64,000 nucleotides of DNA, taken from the NCBI GenBank assembly GCA_001820785.1, contig MHQW01000047.1:5928-69927 (forward strand), written 5' to 3'. Below are positions 16,472 through 25,700 of this stretch, in pieces. This stretch comes from Candidatus Sungbacteria bacterium RIFCSPLOWO2_02_FULL_51_17. Its GTDB lineage: Bacteria > Patescibacteriota > Minisyncoccia > Sungbacterales > GWA2-42-14. How positions within the stretch are numbered: the first letter of the stretch is position 1; each line of letters opens with the position of its first letter. Under the pieces are notes generated by a model that saw only the letters and a list, made by a program, of their open reading frames with translations, was not told the DNA's origin and searched no databases. The translations under genes and the position numbers were made by a program.

Positions 16472-17584
16472 CTATGCATCGGCCTTCCGAACGGCGCCCG
16501 CGAACACCATCGTGTCCGACAGCATTCCCTGATCAAGCGTCTGCTGAAATCCTAACAGGTCTTTGCCCGTTCCGGTGATAATCTTCTCATCATCCGTAAG
16601 TCGCGACAACTGCATCGTAAGTTCATAGGTATCCATGCCGAAGTACCACGCGGCGGAAGGCAGGAGGTCGTTGCGGCAAAATGCCTCGGCAAGAGCGTTG
16701 TCAGAAAATATTTGTATGTGCGAAAGGGGGAACAGATGCCGGTTCACCGCATCAGCATAGCGCGTCTGAATGGCAGTATCCAATGAGTGCCAGCGAGGGA
16801 CTTCTGCCACCATCATCCCCTCGCTTGGAAGCATGGTGCGCGCAGCGGCAAGGATCTCCATAAAATTCGGAATGTGCTCAAGCACCGCCCACGCCGTTAC
16901 CATGTCATACCCCTTCGCTTTTTTTGCAAAATCCAAAAAATCGTCGGGTATGAGATCAATGCCGAACGCCTCCTTGCAATAGTTCCGACTCGGCTCGTTC
17001 GGCTCAACGCCGTCGGCCTCAAGCCCCAGCAAACGCGCCGCGTACACGAACTGCCCGCCGCCTGCCCCCACATCAACAATCTTTTTCGGCTTCCGGCCAT
17101 ACGCTTTTTCAAACGCCTCTATCGCCCACTTCACTTTCGGCATCACGACCTCCTCTACGCGTTTTTTGGTAAGCGTCGGATCGGCGTGCGTAGCCGAGAG
17201 CACCTCGTCCTTTGCATAAAATTCATCAAGGGCCGCATTGGAAAGACGTATTGCCAGATACCGCATGTCGCACCCCGCACAGCGAACATACAGCATGCCG
17301 TGGATGGTACCGGCATTCGTCGCCTCACTCGTCGCCTTCCCGCAAAGAGGACACGCCTCAACCGCCGATAGATTAGAGTCCTCGGAAAGATAGCGGTTGC
17401 ACATATCGCGGTACGCCTTCACGCGATCTTTAAAACCATGCAGGAGATCTTTTTTAAGACCAAAAAGATCCGTTGTCTTCCCGCACCGAATGTCAACGGG
17501 AAATGAAACCCCGTCACGCTCCCATGTTTCGCGTCTCCCCTCCTGAAAAAGCTCTTGCGGACTGAATTGCCTTTGTAACGCCAT
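16472..17584 (-). CDS. class I SAM-dependent methyltransferase with an N-terminal Cys4 zinc-ribbon
   Basis: CPLCGK...CAGCDMRY, then SAM motif I, VDVGAGGGQFVYAARLLG. I chose the start at MALQRQF (17584), which avoids overlap with the divergent gene. Confidence 0.8.
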   Translation of the reverse strand: MALQRQFSPQELFQEGRRETWERDGVSFPVDIRCGKTTDLFGLKKDLLHGFKDRVKAYRDMCNRYLSEDSNLSAVEACPLCGKATSEATNAGTIHGMLYVRCAGCDMRYLAIRLSNAALDEFYAKDEVLSATHADPTLTKKRVEEVVMPKVKWAIEAFEKAYGRKPKKIVDVGAGGGQFVYAARLLGLEADGVEPNEPSRNYCKEAFGIDLIPDDFLDFAKKAKGYDMVTAWAVLEHIPNFMEILAAARTMLPSEGMMVAEVPRWHSLDTAIQTRYADAVNRHLFPLSHIQIFSDNALAEAFCRNDLLPSAAWYFGMDTYELTMQLSRLTDDEKIITGTGKDLLGFQQTLDQGMLSDTMVFAGAVRKADA

Positions 17585-17649
17585 AGTTTTGTATATTTTT
17601 AAGTATTTTCTGCGTATACTATATAGTGTGTAGAGAAACAATACGCGTC

Positions 17650-19014
17650 ATGGAACAAAAGACCGTCTTTTTTATTATATCAAACCGCGTCCGCATAAGC
17701 ACGATGCTCCGAACCGATATGTTCTCGCTCTTACAAAAGCGCGGCGTTCGCATTGTAATCCTTTCTCGCTTTGGCGCCGATGAGACGTTCATAAAGGAAT
17801 TTTCCGGAACACACGTTCACTTTGAGCCATTAGGGAAAAGTCCTTCAGGATTTCTCGTGAGCGCAAGCATGCGCATCCGCGACACTCTGCTGAAATACGA
17901 TGACCCGGAACTTTCGCGAACCCTGCACACACTACGAAACATCAGGACGGGGCGCGTAGTCGGCTGGCGCATGCGGGACGCAGTTCTTAGGCGGTTGCGG
18001 CAGATCGCACACCCTCTTCTTCCGACGATCACTCGCATGTTCACCATTGTGGAACGAATACTTTTTGCCAACAAGAACTATGCAGAACTTTTTCGCTTAT
18101 ACAAACCGTCAGCCGTCCTTCTCGGCACGCTTGGGTCGGAAATGGAGGACGTAGTATTCATTTCGCACGCGGATACATTTGGCGTTCCCACGATAGTCGC
18201 AGACCTCCCGTGGAGTTATGTTGATAACCGCATGTTCTCGCATCCGCGAACTGCCACACGGATCATCGCATGGAACGAACAGATGAAGGAACAGCTTGTT
18301 GCATCACGCGGCATACCGGCAGATGCTATTGCAGTCGCGGGAACCGCCCGCTTTGATCACTACGCGGGGGCAGCGCCCGCCATGTCCCGTGAAGAATGCA
18401 TCACCATGCTTGGGGGCAACCCACACAAAAAACTTATCACCTATGCCCTCGTTGACGATGAATGGCACCCGCGGCAAGAGCACGTGGTTGAGTGGCTCTT
18501 GGACATGATCTCTCAAAATGCGTTCGGCGCGGAGGCACAACTTCTTGTCAGAGCCGGACCGAAACAGCAGAAACTTGAACTATATAAGAAACGTGCGGCC
18601 GAACACCCGGAACTTCTTCTTGACGACCCGACAAAACTTTCCGATCAGGCGCGGCTTACGAGCATCCTTTCTGCAAGCGATCTTCTCATAAGCGTGGGGT
18701 CATCGCTCGCACTAGATGCAGCCATTCTTGCGCGTCCCATGCTGTATCTCGGCTTTACCGATCCGGAACGTCACGACCCGTTTGACCCGATACTGGCGCA
18801 AATGTACGAACAACCGTTCCTTGTCCGCGCTATTGCGACAAGCGGAATTCGCGTCGCAAAAAGCGGGGAAGAGTTCCGTACTCTTGCCACGGCCGCTCTG
18901 CAAAGCGCGGCGTCGGAAGAAACAGGACGGAAAAAACTTATTGCAGAATTTTTGTCGGGCGGTATGGGTGGTGGAAAACGCATTGCCGAGGAGATCATGC
19001 GCGTGATTTCATAG
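17650..19014 (+). CDS. uncharacterised GT-B-like protein (candidate sugar/nonulosonate transferase); paralog of 49726-51120
   Basis: 454 aa from MEQKTVFFII. Segments shared with the paralog: ...VPTIVADLPWSYVDN... / ...IKTVAMVRSWDNLTS...; RFDHYAG / SFDHYFGY; SVGSSLALDAAILARPMLYLGF / VSTVTIEAAVLGRPVINLCF. It is the only plus-strand gene in the glycan locus. Confidence 0.6.
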   Translation: MEQKTVFFIISNRVRISTMLRTDMFSLLQKRGVRIVILSRFGADETFIKEFSGTHVHFEPLGKSPSGFLVSASMRIRDTLLKYDDPELSRTLHTLRNIRTGRVVGWRMRDAVLRRLRQIAHPLLPTITRMFTIVERILFANKNYAELFRLYKPSAVLLGTLGSEMEDVVFISHADTFGVPTIVADLPWSYVDNRMFSHPRTATRIIAWNEQMKEQLVASRGIPADAIAVAGTARFDHYAGAAPAMSREECITMLGGNPHKKLITYALVDDEWHPRQEHVVEWLLDMISQNAFGAEAQLLVRAGPKQQKLELYKKRAAEHPELLLDDPTKLSDQARLTSILSASDLLISVGSSLALDAAILARPMLYLGFTDPERHDPFDPILAQMYEQPFLVRAIATSGIRVAKSGEEFRTLATAALQSAASEETGRKKLIAEFLSGGMGGGKRIAEEIMRVIS

Positions 19015-19017
19015 GCA

Positions 19018-19773
19018 TCAGACAAGAACTCCTTCCTCACTTTCCGACAAGACCGCGCGCATTTTCATCTCGGCTATCTTCCATTCTTCGGTGGTATCAA
19101 TATCCATAGAATATTTGTAATCCATCACATATCCGTACACGTTCCGCCCCCAAAGATTAGGGTCTTTCTCATAGAGATTCGCGGTTTTAAACGCATAGAT
19201 GGATGAGTTCAGAAAATAGGACTTTGGCATATCCTGATTTCGCAAAACCCCCAGCACCTCTTTGACGGGCTTGGCATCATGCCAACGTGCGAGCGTGTTC
19301 TCTGGTGACATACCGAACGCCTTGAACGGATTATAGTGCCCAGGCATTTCGGAAACGCCAAGAATGGTGTCGCACGTTCCCGCTTTCATAACATCCGCCA
19401 CTTCGCGAATGTGGAACGGTTGCCTACCCGGAGATGTCGGTTCAAAAAGAATGATCCACGGCGCGACGTACCCTTCATCTTTTTTCAGGCGGTCTACCGT
19501 ATACTGCACAACAGAAAAGGATGATGCGGTGTCGGTTGCAAGTTCCGGCGGACGCATAAAGGGAATCTCGGCGCTGTACCGCCGGCCGATGTCGGCAATA
19601 GCAAGGTCGTCGGTAGAAAGAATGAGGCGGTCAAGCACGCCACTTTTTTTTGCCGTGTCTATTGTCCAGGCAAGAAGAGGACGCCCCAAAAATTCCCGGA
19701 TATTTTTGCCGGGAAGACGCTTTGAGCCGCCGCGGGCGGTGATGAGACCGAGGATTTTAGAAGTTATAGCCAT
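19018..19773 (-). CDS. neuA: acylneuraminate (nonulosonate) cytidylyltransferase, CMP-sugar synthetase
   Basis: 251 aa. LGLITARGGSKRLPGKNIREFLGRPLLAWTI...STDD...PFMRPPELATD (CTP_transf_3 family). Confidence 0.85.
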   Translation of the reverse strand: MAITSKILGLITARGGSKRLPGKNIREFLGRPLLAWTIDTAKKSGVLDRLILSTDDLAIADIGRRYSAEIPFMRPPELATDTASSFSVVQYTVDRLKKDEGYVAPWIILFEPTSPGRQPFHIREVADVMKAGTCDTILGVSEMPGHYNPFKAFGMSPENTLARWHDAKPVKEVLGVLRNQDMPKSYFLNSSIYAFKTANLYEKDPNLWGRNVYGYVMDYKYSMDIDTTEEWKIAEMKMRAVLSESEEGVLV

Positions 19774-19795
19774 AATAAACTCTAAGCACTAATAT

Positions 19796-19810
19796 CTAAA
19801 TTCTAAATAA
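19796..19810. repeat. left arm of a 15-bp perfect inverted repeat (CTAAATTCTAAATAA) flanking the four-helix-bundle gene
   Basis: Its reverse complement, TTATTTAGAATTTAG, occurs at 20216-20230. The arm is built from TCTAAAT heptamers. Confidence 0.85.
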
Positions 19811-19843
19811 GCACAAAACTCTAATGATAAAAATCTAAAAAAA

Positions 19844-20209
19844 TTAAGCTGATTTAACAACGATTGACCCAAATATCTTTGTCAGCTCTGTCGCTTCCCG
19901 CACAAGATCTTCTTTCTCGCTTCTACGTTCTTGATCGGTTCCGACTTCTATCAAAGAAATCCAATAATAACTTTCTTTTGATTCCTTGCGACAAATTTTT
20001 ATCCGCATACAAAAATCCTTCTTACTAAGCGCTTCGTTCGCTTCAATATAATTTGCGCCAACAGAACCTGAAGAGCGCACAAGTTGCTTGCCATCTTCAC
20101 TATTTGCCATTGTTTTCGGTAACTTTTGCACGAACTCTCTTACGCGCCGCGCAAATTCATATGTTCGTTTTTCCAGATCATACGTTTTTTTATTTGGCAC
20201 TTCGGTCAT
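19844..20209 (-). CDS. four-helix-bundle protein (23S rRNA intervening-sequence protein / Avd-like family)
   Basis: 121 aa. YDLEKRTYEFARRVREFVQKLP...QLVRSSGSVGANYIEANEALSKKDF...CRKESKESYYWISLI is characteristic of this family. The gene and its flanks are markedly AT-rich compared with neighbours. Confidence 0.85.
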   Translation of the reverse strand: MTEVPNKKTYDLEKRTYEFARRVREFVQKLPKTMANSEDGKQLVRSSGSVGANYIEANEALSKKDFCMRIKICRKESKESYYWISLIEVGTDQERRSEKEDLVREATELTKIFGSIVVKSA

Positions 20210-20215
20210 TTGATA

Positions 20216-20230
20216 TTATTTAGAATTTAG
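20216..20230. repeat. right arm of the 15-bp inverted repeat
   Basis: TTATTTAGAATTTAG is the reverse complement of 19796-19810. Confidence 0.85.
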
Positions 20231-20257
20231 AGTTTAGGATTTGCCCCGCACCACGCT

Positions 20258-21430
20258 TTAGTACGTAAGATTTTTCACCAGCAATTTCTGATTGATAGGA
20301 ATATTTTGCAAAATATCAACGATGCGTTTTGCCGAATGGCCATCACCGTAGACACTGGGCGCACGCCTTGCGGCATTGGCAAACGCCGGGGCCAGCGCGT
20401 GTGCGATCGCCCCCTGAATAGCGCGGGCGTTATACCCGACATTGATGACATTCGTTGACTGGAAGCGTCCTTTTTGCCGGTTGCCGATATTTACCACCGG
20501 AATTTTGAAGACCGGCGCCTCAATGATGCCCGAAGACGAGTTTCCCACGAGCACATTACACGTTCGCATGAGTCCTGCGTAGTCCTCGCGCGAGACGTGT
20601 TCATACACCTTCATCCGGTCATTGGCATGAGCGTGAATGGCTTGTCGTATCGCCGGGCTTCCGGCATCAGAATTATTCATGATAAGAACGATCGGATGCG
20701 GAAACGATGAAACCGCTTTCAGCGTTTCTGTCATCTGCCTTTCCGCATCGGCCGCCTCCTCCGTCACCGAGTGCTGAACAAGAAGTATTGCGGGCGTTCC
20801 TTTGCGCAAACCGAATTTTTTACGAACATCTTTTTCTGGCGTTTCGTTCCCCGCCACCAATTCGTCAAGCTGGGGCGCGCCGATATTAAAAATACGAAAT
20901 CGCTCCTCTCCCATTTTTTTGAGGCGATCGGCGGCATCTTTGTTGGCGGCAAAATGAATGTGCGCGTATTTCGTGATGGCGTGCCTCGTCATGCCGTCAA
21001 TATTTCCGGAAAGTTCGCCCGCCTGAATGTGGGCTACAGGAATGTGCATGTGCGCGCCCACCATGGCGCCAACAAACTGCTCGCCGCGGTCTCCGGCAAG
21101 AAGAATGATGTCGGGCTTCATGCGGTCAATAATGCCGGGAAGTTCCGTCATGAACACACCGAGTGACTTTACCATCGTGAGGCGATTATATCCTGCGAGC
21201 GTATTATGGACCGCCGCTCCCACCGTAAAACCATCGCGAAGAATTTCGTCTATCGTATTCCCAAATTCGGGAAGAAGATGCATGTTCGCGGCGATGATCT
21301 CATAGTCCATTGTGCCGCGCCTCTGTATCTCGCGAATAACGGGGCGAGTGTAGCCAAATTCAATACGGCCGCCCGTAAGAACAGCAACCTTGCGCTTTTT
21401 TGTTTTTTGTTGCAATTGTCTCTTGCTCAT
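20258..21430 (-). CDS. neuC: UDP-N-acetylglucosamine 2-epimerase (hydrolysing), NeuC family
   Basis: VAVLTGGRIEFG...ILLAGDRGEQFVGAMVGAHMHIPVAHIQAGELSGNIDGMTRHAITKYAHIHF. I chose the start at MSKRQ (21430). Confidence 0.85.
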   Translation of the reverse strand: MSKRQLQQKTKKRKVAVLTGGRIEFGYTRPVIREIQRRGTMDYEIIAANMHLLPEFGNTIDEILRDGFTVGAAVHNTLAGYNRLTMVKSLGVFMTELPGIIDRMKPDIILLAGDRGEQFVGAMVGAHMHIPVAHIQAGELSGNIDGMTRHAITKYAHIHFAANKDAADRLKKMGEERFRIFNIGAPQLDELVAGNETPEKDVRKKFGLRKGTPAILLVQHSVTEEAADAERQMTETLKAVSSFPHPIVLIMNNSDAGSPAIRQAIHAHANDRMKVYEHVSREDYAGLMRTCNVLVGNSSSGIIEAPVFKIPVVNIGNRQKGRFQSTNVINVGYNARAIQGAIAHALAPAFANAARRAPSVYGDGHSAKRIVDILQNIPINQKLLVKNLTY

Positions 21431-21533
21431 ACGCTGTATACTACCATAAAACGAGCAAAATCGTGCCAAAGTTACATCTAAAAACTTTGCAGATATAGAA
21501 AAAATCGCCTATTTTTGACGATTTTTGTGTATT

Positions 21534-22598
21534 CTACCAGAGATCCTCCCACTGAAGAACGTGATTCTTGGGAAGAGCCCATTTCACTCGCCGCCCCAGA
21601 AGAGCCGCGGAATATTTTTTATCAAGATACTTTGCCGGAATGCCCGTTCCCGGGCGCGCCGGACGAACGTTGTCAAACGTCACCGCATCTCCCTCCGCAA
21701 GCATATCATTCGTCACAACGCTATGGAATGCCCACTCGCGCGTTTTTTCCTCCTCCGCGCGCACCGCCTTTTCTGAACCGAGCGCCGACTCAACGCGCCT
21801 AATGCCAACCACCGCATCGGCGAACGCATCGGGTGTAAGCGCTACGGCATCGTCGCATCCACCCTCCCCATAGGCAAGAGTCAGATGCTTTTCAATGACT
21901 TTAGCTCCGAGCGCCACTGCGGCTGCCGCGATACGACTATCTTTTGAGTGATCAGAATATCCGACCCACACCCCATACAGATCACGCAAGCGCGGAATAA
22001 GCCCGAGAGAAATGTCGTCATACTTTTCAAGCGGGTACTCGGAGGTGCACACCATGAGTACCACGTTTTCCAGCGCACCCTCCTCGCGATAGACGGCAAG
22101 GGTATCGCCTATTTCTTCCAGTGTGCACATACCGGTGGACACCAAAGCGGGCTTTCCGGTTCGCGCGGAAATTTTTGCGATCCTCCGGTGCTGAGGTAGA
22201 TTGGTAAGTTCACCCGATCCGGTCTTGAACGCATCAACGCCGACCGCAGTGTTTAAAACATCAACGGCCGCTGGACAAAATGGAGTGCATAGATACTGAA
22301 TGCCGACGCCACGGCAATACTCCTCCAGCTCTTTATGCTGAGCCGCCGTCACATGCGATCTTTTGAACACATCCTCAAGCGAACCGCCATGGAACAGAAG
22401 CTTCTCGTGCCCGAGTGCCATCTCGGCATAGGGAATGTGTATCTGGAACTTTGCGACATCGGCTCCTGCCGCCTTTGCCGCATCTATCATGCGCCGGGCC
22501 TTTTGCATGTCGCCCATGTGGTCAACGCCGATCTCGGCGATGATGATGCACGGCGCATTCGCCCCGATATGAACGCTTCCGAACGTAATGTCTTTCAT
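21534..22598 (-). CDS. neuB: N-acetylneuraminate-type (nonulosonate) synthase with a C-terminal SAF domain
   Basis: CIIIAEIGVDHMGDMQKARRMIDAAKAAGADVAKFQ...GYSDHS... The start at MKDITF (22598) is preceded by AAGGAG. Confidence 0.9.
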   Translation of the reverse strand: MKDITFGSVHIGANAPCIIIAEIGVDHMGDMQKARRMIDAAKAAGADVAKFQIHIPYAEMALGHEKLLFHGGSLEDVFKRSHVTAAQHKELEEYCRGVGIQYLCTPFCPAAVDVLNTAVGVDAFKTGSGELTNLPQHRRIAKISARTGKPALVSTGMCTLEEIGDTLAVYREEGALENVVLMVCTSEYPLEKYDDISLGLIPRLRDLYGVWVGYSDHSKDSRIAAAAVALGAKVIEKHLTLAYGEGGCDDAVALTPDAFADAVVGIRRVESALGSEKAVRAEEEKTREWAFHSVVTNDMLAEGDAVTFDNVRPARPGTGIPAKYLDKKYSAALLGRRVKWALPKNHVLQWEDLW

Positions 22599-22785
22599 GG
22601 GGGTCGTCTCCTTTCGGCGGGTTCCGGGAACGTGCCAAAAGTATAAGGCACTTTTGCGTAAAGTCAATACGCCAGAAAACACACATCCTCATCATACAAC
22701 GCAATAAAACAGTGATTTGTTTCATAAAAAATCAGAGCAAAAAAATGCGCTGATGTGAATATCCGCTATTCACCTGTCACGGCCA

Positions 22786-23838
22786 CTACGCCTCTTTTTC
22801 GCGCGGCCTCCACACACCCCTCTCGTACTCCTCAAAACTCAACTTGTCCTTTGAAAGGAGCCGGTCCTTGTGCGCGTTGTACCAGTCATATGTTTTTTTA
22901 AGACCGTCATCAAGCGCCATTCTACACTCAAACCCCGTAAGCTTTGTGAGCTTTCCGGTGTGCGCAACGCGCCGCGGACTTTCGGCAAGATTATGCGTAC
23001 GCAAGAACACCGGCTCAAGGCGATGCCCCGATGTCGCTATGATCTTTCTTGCAAGTTCCGCGATAGACGTTTCAATACCCGTGCCGACATTCACCACCTC
23101 GCCGTCCGTTGCTGGGTTCACCAATGCCTGGATCGCCGCCTCCACGTTATCGTCCACATAGGTGAAGTCGCGTGTCTGCGACCCGTCGCGAAAAATAGTC
23201 GGAGGCATACCCATAAGCACCTGCGAGATGAAAATGCCCGTGACAAATCCGTACGCAGATGATTCCTGCCGCGGGCCGTAAACGTTGAAGAACCGCAAGC
23301 TTACCACCGGAACACCCGAGACCTCGGAAAAACTTTTAAAATAGGACTCGCCCGTGGCTTTGACGAGCGCATAGGGATGGCGCGTGTCGTGATACGACAT
23401 ATCCTCATGAAATGGCACTTCTTTTTGCTGGCCATATATTTCTGATGATGACGAGAAGACGATCTTTTTTGCGCTATGCGCATAAGCAAGAGCAGCAATA
23501 TGCTTGAAGCCCTCAAGATCGTTCAACACCTCAAGCGGTTTTTCGTTCGTGCGCTTCACACCGACGACCGCCGCATAGTGGAAAATATAATCAACGGGGC
23601 GGGCACGAAACACCTTCTCCAGATCGGCTACGACATTTGCATCTCCCAACACGAAAGAGAACTTTGCATTTCCCTTTTGCGAATCAACGTACTGGCGCGA
23701 CCCGGTTGAAAGATTGTCAAAGCAGACGACAGATGCGCCGTATCCCATCAAGTGATCGCAAAGATGCGACCCAATAAACCCGGCGCCGCCCGTCACCAGA
23801 ACCATTTTCCCGTTAAGTACCGTTCTTGGATCAATCAT
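22786..23838 (-). CDS. NAD-dependent sugar-nucleotide epimerase/dehydratase (extended SDR)
   Basis: 350 aa. VLVTGGAGFIGSHLCDHL, SSSSEIYG, HPYALVK (YxxxK). Confidence 0.85.
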   Translation of the reverse strand: MIDPRTVLNGKMVLVTGGAGFIGSHLCDHLMGYGASVVCFDNLSTGSRQYVDSQKGNAKFSFVLGDANVVADLEKVFRARPVDYIFHYAAVVGVKRTNEKPLEVLNDLEGFKHIAALAYAHSAKKIVFSSSSEIYGQQKEVPFHEDMSYHDTRHPYALVKATGESYFKSFSEVSGVPVVSLRFFNVYGPRQESSAYGFVTGIFISQVLMGMPPTIFRDGSQTRDFTYVDDNVEAAIQALVNPATDGEVVNVGTGIETSIAELARKIIATSGHRLEPVFLRTHNLAESPRRVAHTGKLTKLTGFECRMALDDGLKKTYDWYNAHKDRLLSKDKLSFEEYERGVWRPREKEA

Positions 23839-23840
23839 GC

Positions 23841-25697
23841 TTATTTATCTATAAACTGGCGAAACCACATTTCCATATTCAGCCATTGCCATATGTGGAA
23901 CGAGTTCGCCGCGTCTTTTGTTTCGCAATATCTCTCATACTCGGCCAAAGCGCGCTTTTGGTCAATATAGGCCCTTTTGCCGAACTCCGGCGACGAAAGC
24001 ACCTCTTCCGCCCAGGGGCGAAGCGCCCCCTTCAGCCACGCCCGCTGGGGATCGGGAACCGCACGCTTAGGAGCGTTCACAATACTGGGAGAAAGCCGGC
24101 TGCGAAAGGCCTCGCGCATGAAAAAGCGCTGTTCACCATTTCGTATTTTTTGGCGCGGCGGAAGCGAGAAAGCGAACTCCACGATGCGATGATCAAGAAA
24201 CGGGACCCGCACCTCTTTTGCATACGCCATGGAATTTCGGTCAACGCTTCGGAGCACCCGCGGTTGCTTCGTCCAGTGAAGGTCGCGGTACTGCATGTTC
24301 GCAAGATGGGTGGAAAATGGTGCATCAAACACCGGCTTCGGCGGGAACGCACGCGAAAGGAAATCATCGTGCAGACATCCGGTGGCGATAAAACTCGTCG
24401 CATCAGCAGAAGTTCCTCCGCTAAAATACGATCGAAGCCCGCGGAGAAAAAAATCCTGCAGAGTTTTTTTGGACGTTATTCCGTGAAGCGCGCCGTATGC
24501 GGCAAGTTCTTTCTCACCCGCATCCATGCCATCACGCTCCATAACATCAAGAAGAAAACTGGATATATAATACTCATACCCCCCGCCGATCTCGTCGCCG
24601 CCGTGACCCTCCAAAAACACGATGGTCTCCGGTTTCGTGTGACGATACAGATTGTGGCGGGCCACAATTGAGATACCGGGGAACGGTTGTTCTTCGTGGC
24701 GCATGACGTCGGGCATGATGGCCAAGGCGTCTTTCGGCGTGAGTGTTACAAAATTCACGTTCCAGCCGAGATGTCGTGAAAGTTCTTTCACATACGGCGT
24801 TTCATCATACTGCTCCTCGCCGTAGTTCCACGAATACATCTCAAAATTTCGCTGGCCGCCGCATAGTCGGTTAACCGTTTCGGTAAGTATGGAACAATCA
24901 AGCCCGCCCGAGGCGTTGATGCCGATGGGAACATCGCTTCGCAACTGGATGCCAACGGCGTCGTCCACGAGCGCGCGGTAGCGTTCCGACACATCGGCAT
25001 CTGAAAGCCCGGAAAGATCGGCTACCCGTTCGGGCAAGTTCCAGTAGCGAAAAATCGTTATCTTCCCATCTTTTATAGTAAGCGCATGCCCGGGCATCAG
25101 TTGTTGTATTCCCTCAAAGAATGTTTCTTCGGAGTGTTCGTACATGCCGAACACCAGATAATCGCGAACGATGCGGTCGTTGGGACGCGCGGGAACACCC
25201 GCGGCAAGAAGCGCTTTTATTTCAGAGGCAAATAAAAACCGGCCCTCGTGCACCGCATAATAAAACGGTTTTACGCCGAGGCGGTCACGGGCACAGAAAA
25301 GTTCCTTTTCGGCAGCGTCCCACAACGCGAACGAAAAAATACCGTTGAAATGTGAAAGGCACTCTTTCCCCCACATGGCATACGCCTCAAGCATGACCTC
25401 GGTATCGGAGCCGCTTTTCCAGTGCCGCCCGCCGAGTTCGCGTCGTATCTCAAGATAGTTATATACCTCGCCGTTGAACGTGATGGTGTATCTGCCCAAT
25501 GAGTCCTGCATCGGTTGGTGGCCGGAAGAAGTTACATCTAAAATACTCAAACGCCGGTGAGCAAACGCCGCACTACCATTCACAAAAACCCCGCTATCGT
25601 TCGGACCGCGGTGTTTGATCGCTTGTGACATTTTTTCAACCGCCTCGCGGGATGCCGGCGCGCCGCTGAGTTCAACGAAACCCGTTATTCCACACAT
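23841..25697 (-). CDS. asnB: asparagine synthase (glutamine-hydrolysing)-type amidotransferase
   Basis: 618 aa. N-terminal MCGITGF (Ntn Cys2), RGPNDSG, and an AsnB PP-loop region (INASGGLDCS). Confidence 0.9.
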   Translation of the reverse strand: MCGITGFVELSGAPASREAVEKMSQAIKHRGPNDSGVFVNGSAAFAHRRLSILDVTSSGHQPMQDSLGRYTITFNGEVYNYLEIRRELGGRHWKSGSDTEVMLEAYAMWGKECLSHFNGIFSFALWDAAEKELFCARDRLGVKPFYYAVHEGRFLFASEIKALLAAGVPARPNDRIVRDYLVFGMYEHSEETFFEGIQQLMPGHALTIKDGKITIFRYWNLPERVADLSGLSDADVSERYRALVDDAVGIQLRSDVPIGINASGGLDCSILTETVNRLCGGQRNFEMYSWNYGEEQYDETPYVKELSRHLGWNVNFVTLTPKDALAIMPDVMRHEEQPFPGISIVARHNLYRHTKPETIVFLEGHGGDEIGGGYEYYISSFLLDVMERDGMDAGEKELAAYGALHGITSKKTLQDFFLRGLRSYFSGGTSADATSFIATGCLHDDFLSRAFPPKPVFDAPFSTHLANMQYRDLHWTKQPRVLRSVDRNSMAYAKEVRVPFLDHRIVEFAFSLPPRQKIRNGEQRFFMREAFRSRLSPSIVNAPKRAVPDPQRAWLKGALRPWAEEVLSSPEFGKRAYIDQKRALAEYERYCETKDAANSFHIWQWLNMEMWFRQFIDK

Positions 25698-25700
25698 ATG

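Noticed and set aside
19844-20209. Diversity-generating retroelement, because the four-helix-bundle gene belongs to the Avd-related family.
   Set aside because: There is no reverse transcriptase gene and no template/variable repeat pair anywhere in the 64-kb window.
23826-24671. Long plus-strand ORFs lying antisense to well-supported minus-strand genes: 23826-24671 (281 aa), 25908-26732 (274 aa), 40837-41652 (271 aa), 41770-42513 (247 aa), 47712-48470 (252 aa), 58305-58907 (200 aa), 61337-62314 (325 aa) and 9236-9892 (minus, 218 aa, opposite the thiolase).
   Set aside because: Each is fully contained within a gene that has clear family motifs on the other strand. Their translations are Arg/Pro/His-rich and low in complexity, with no recognisable motifs. 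This is typical of shadow ORFs in GC-rich coding DNA.
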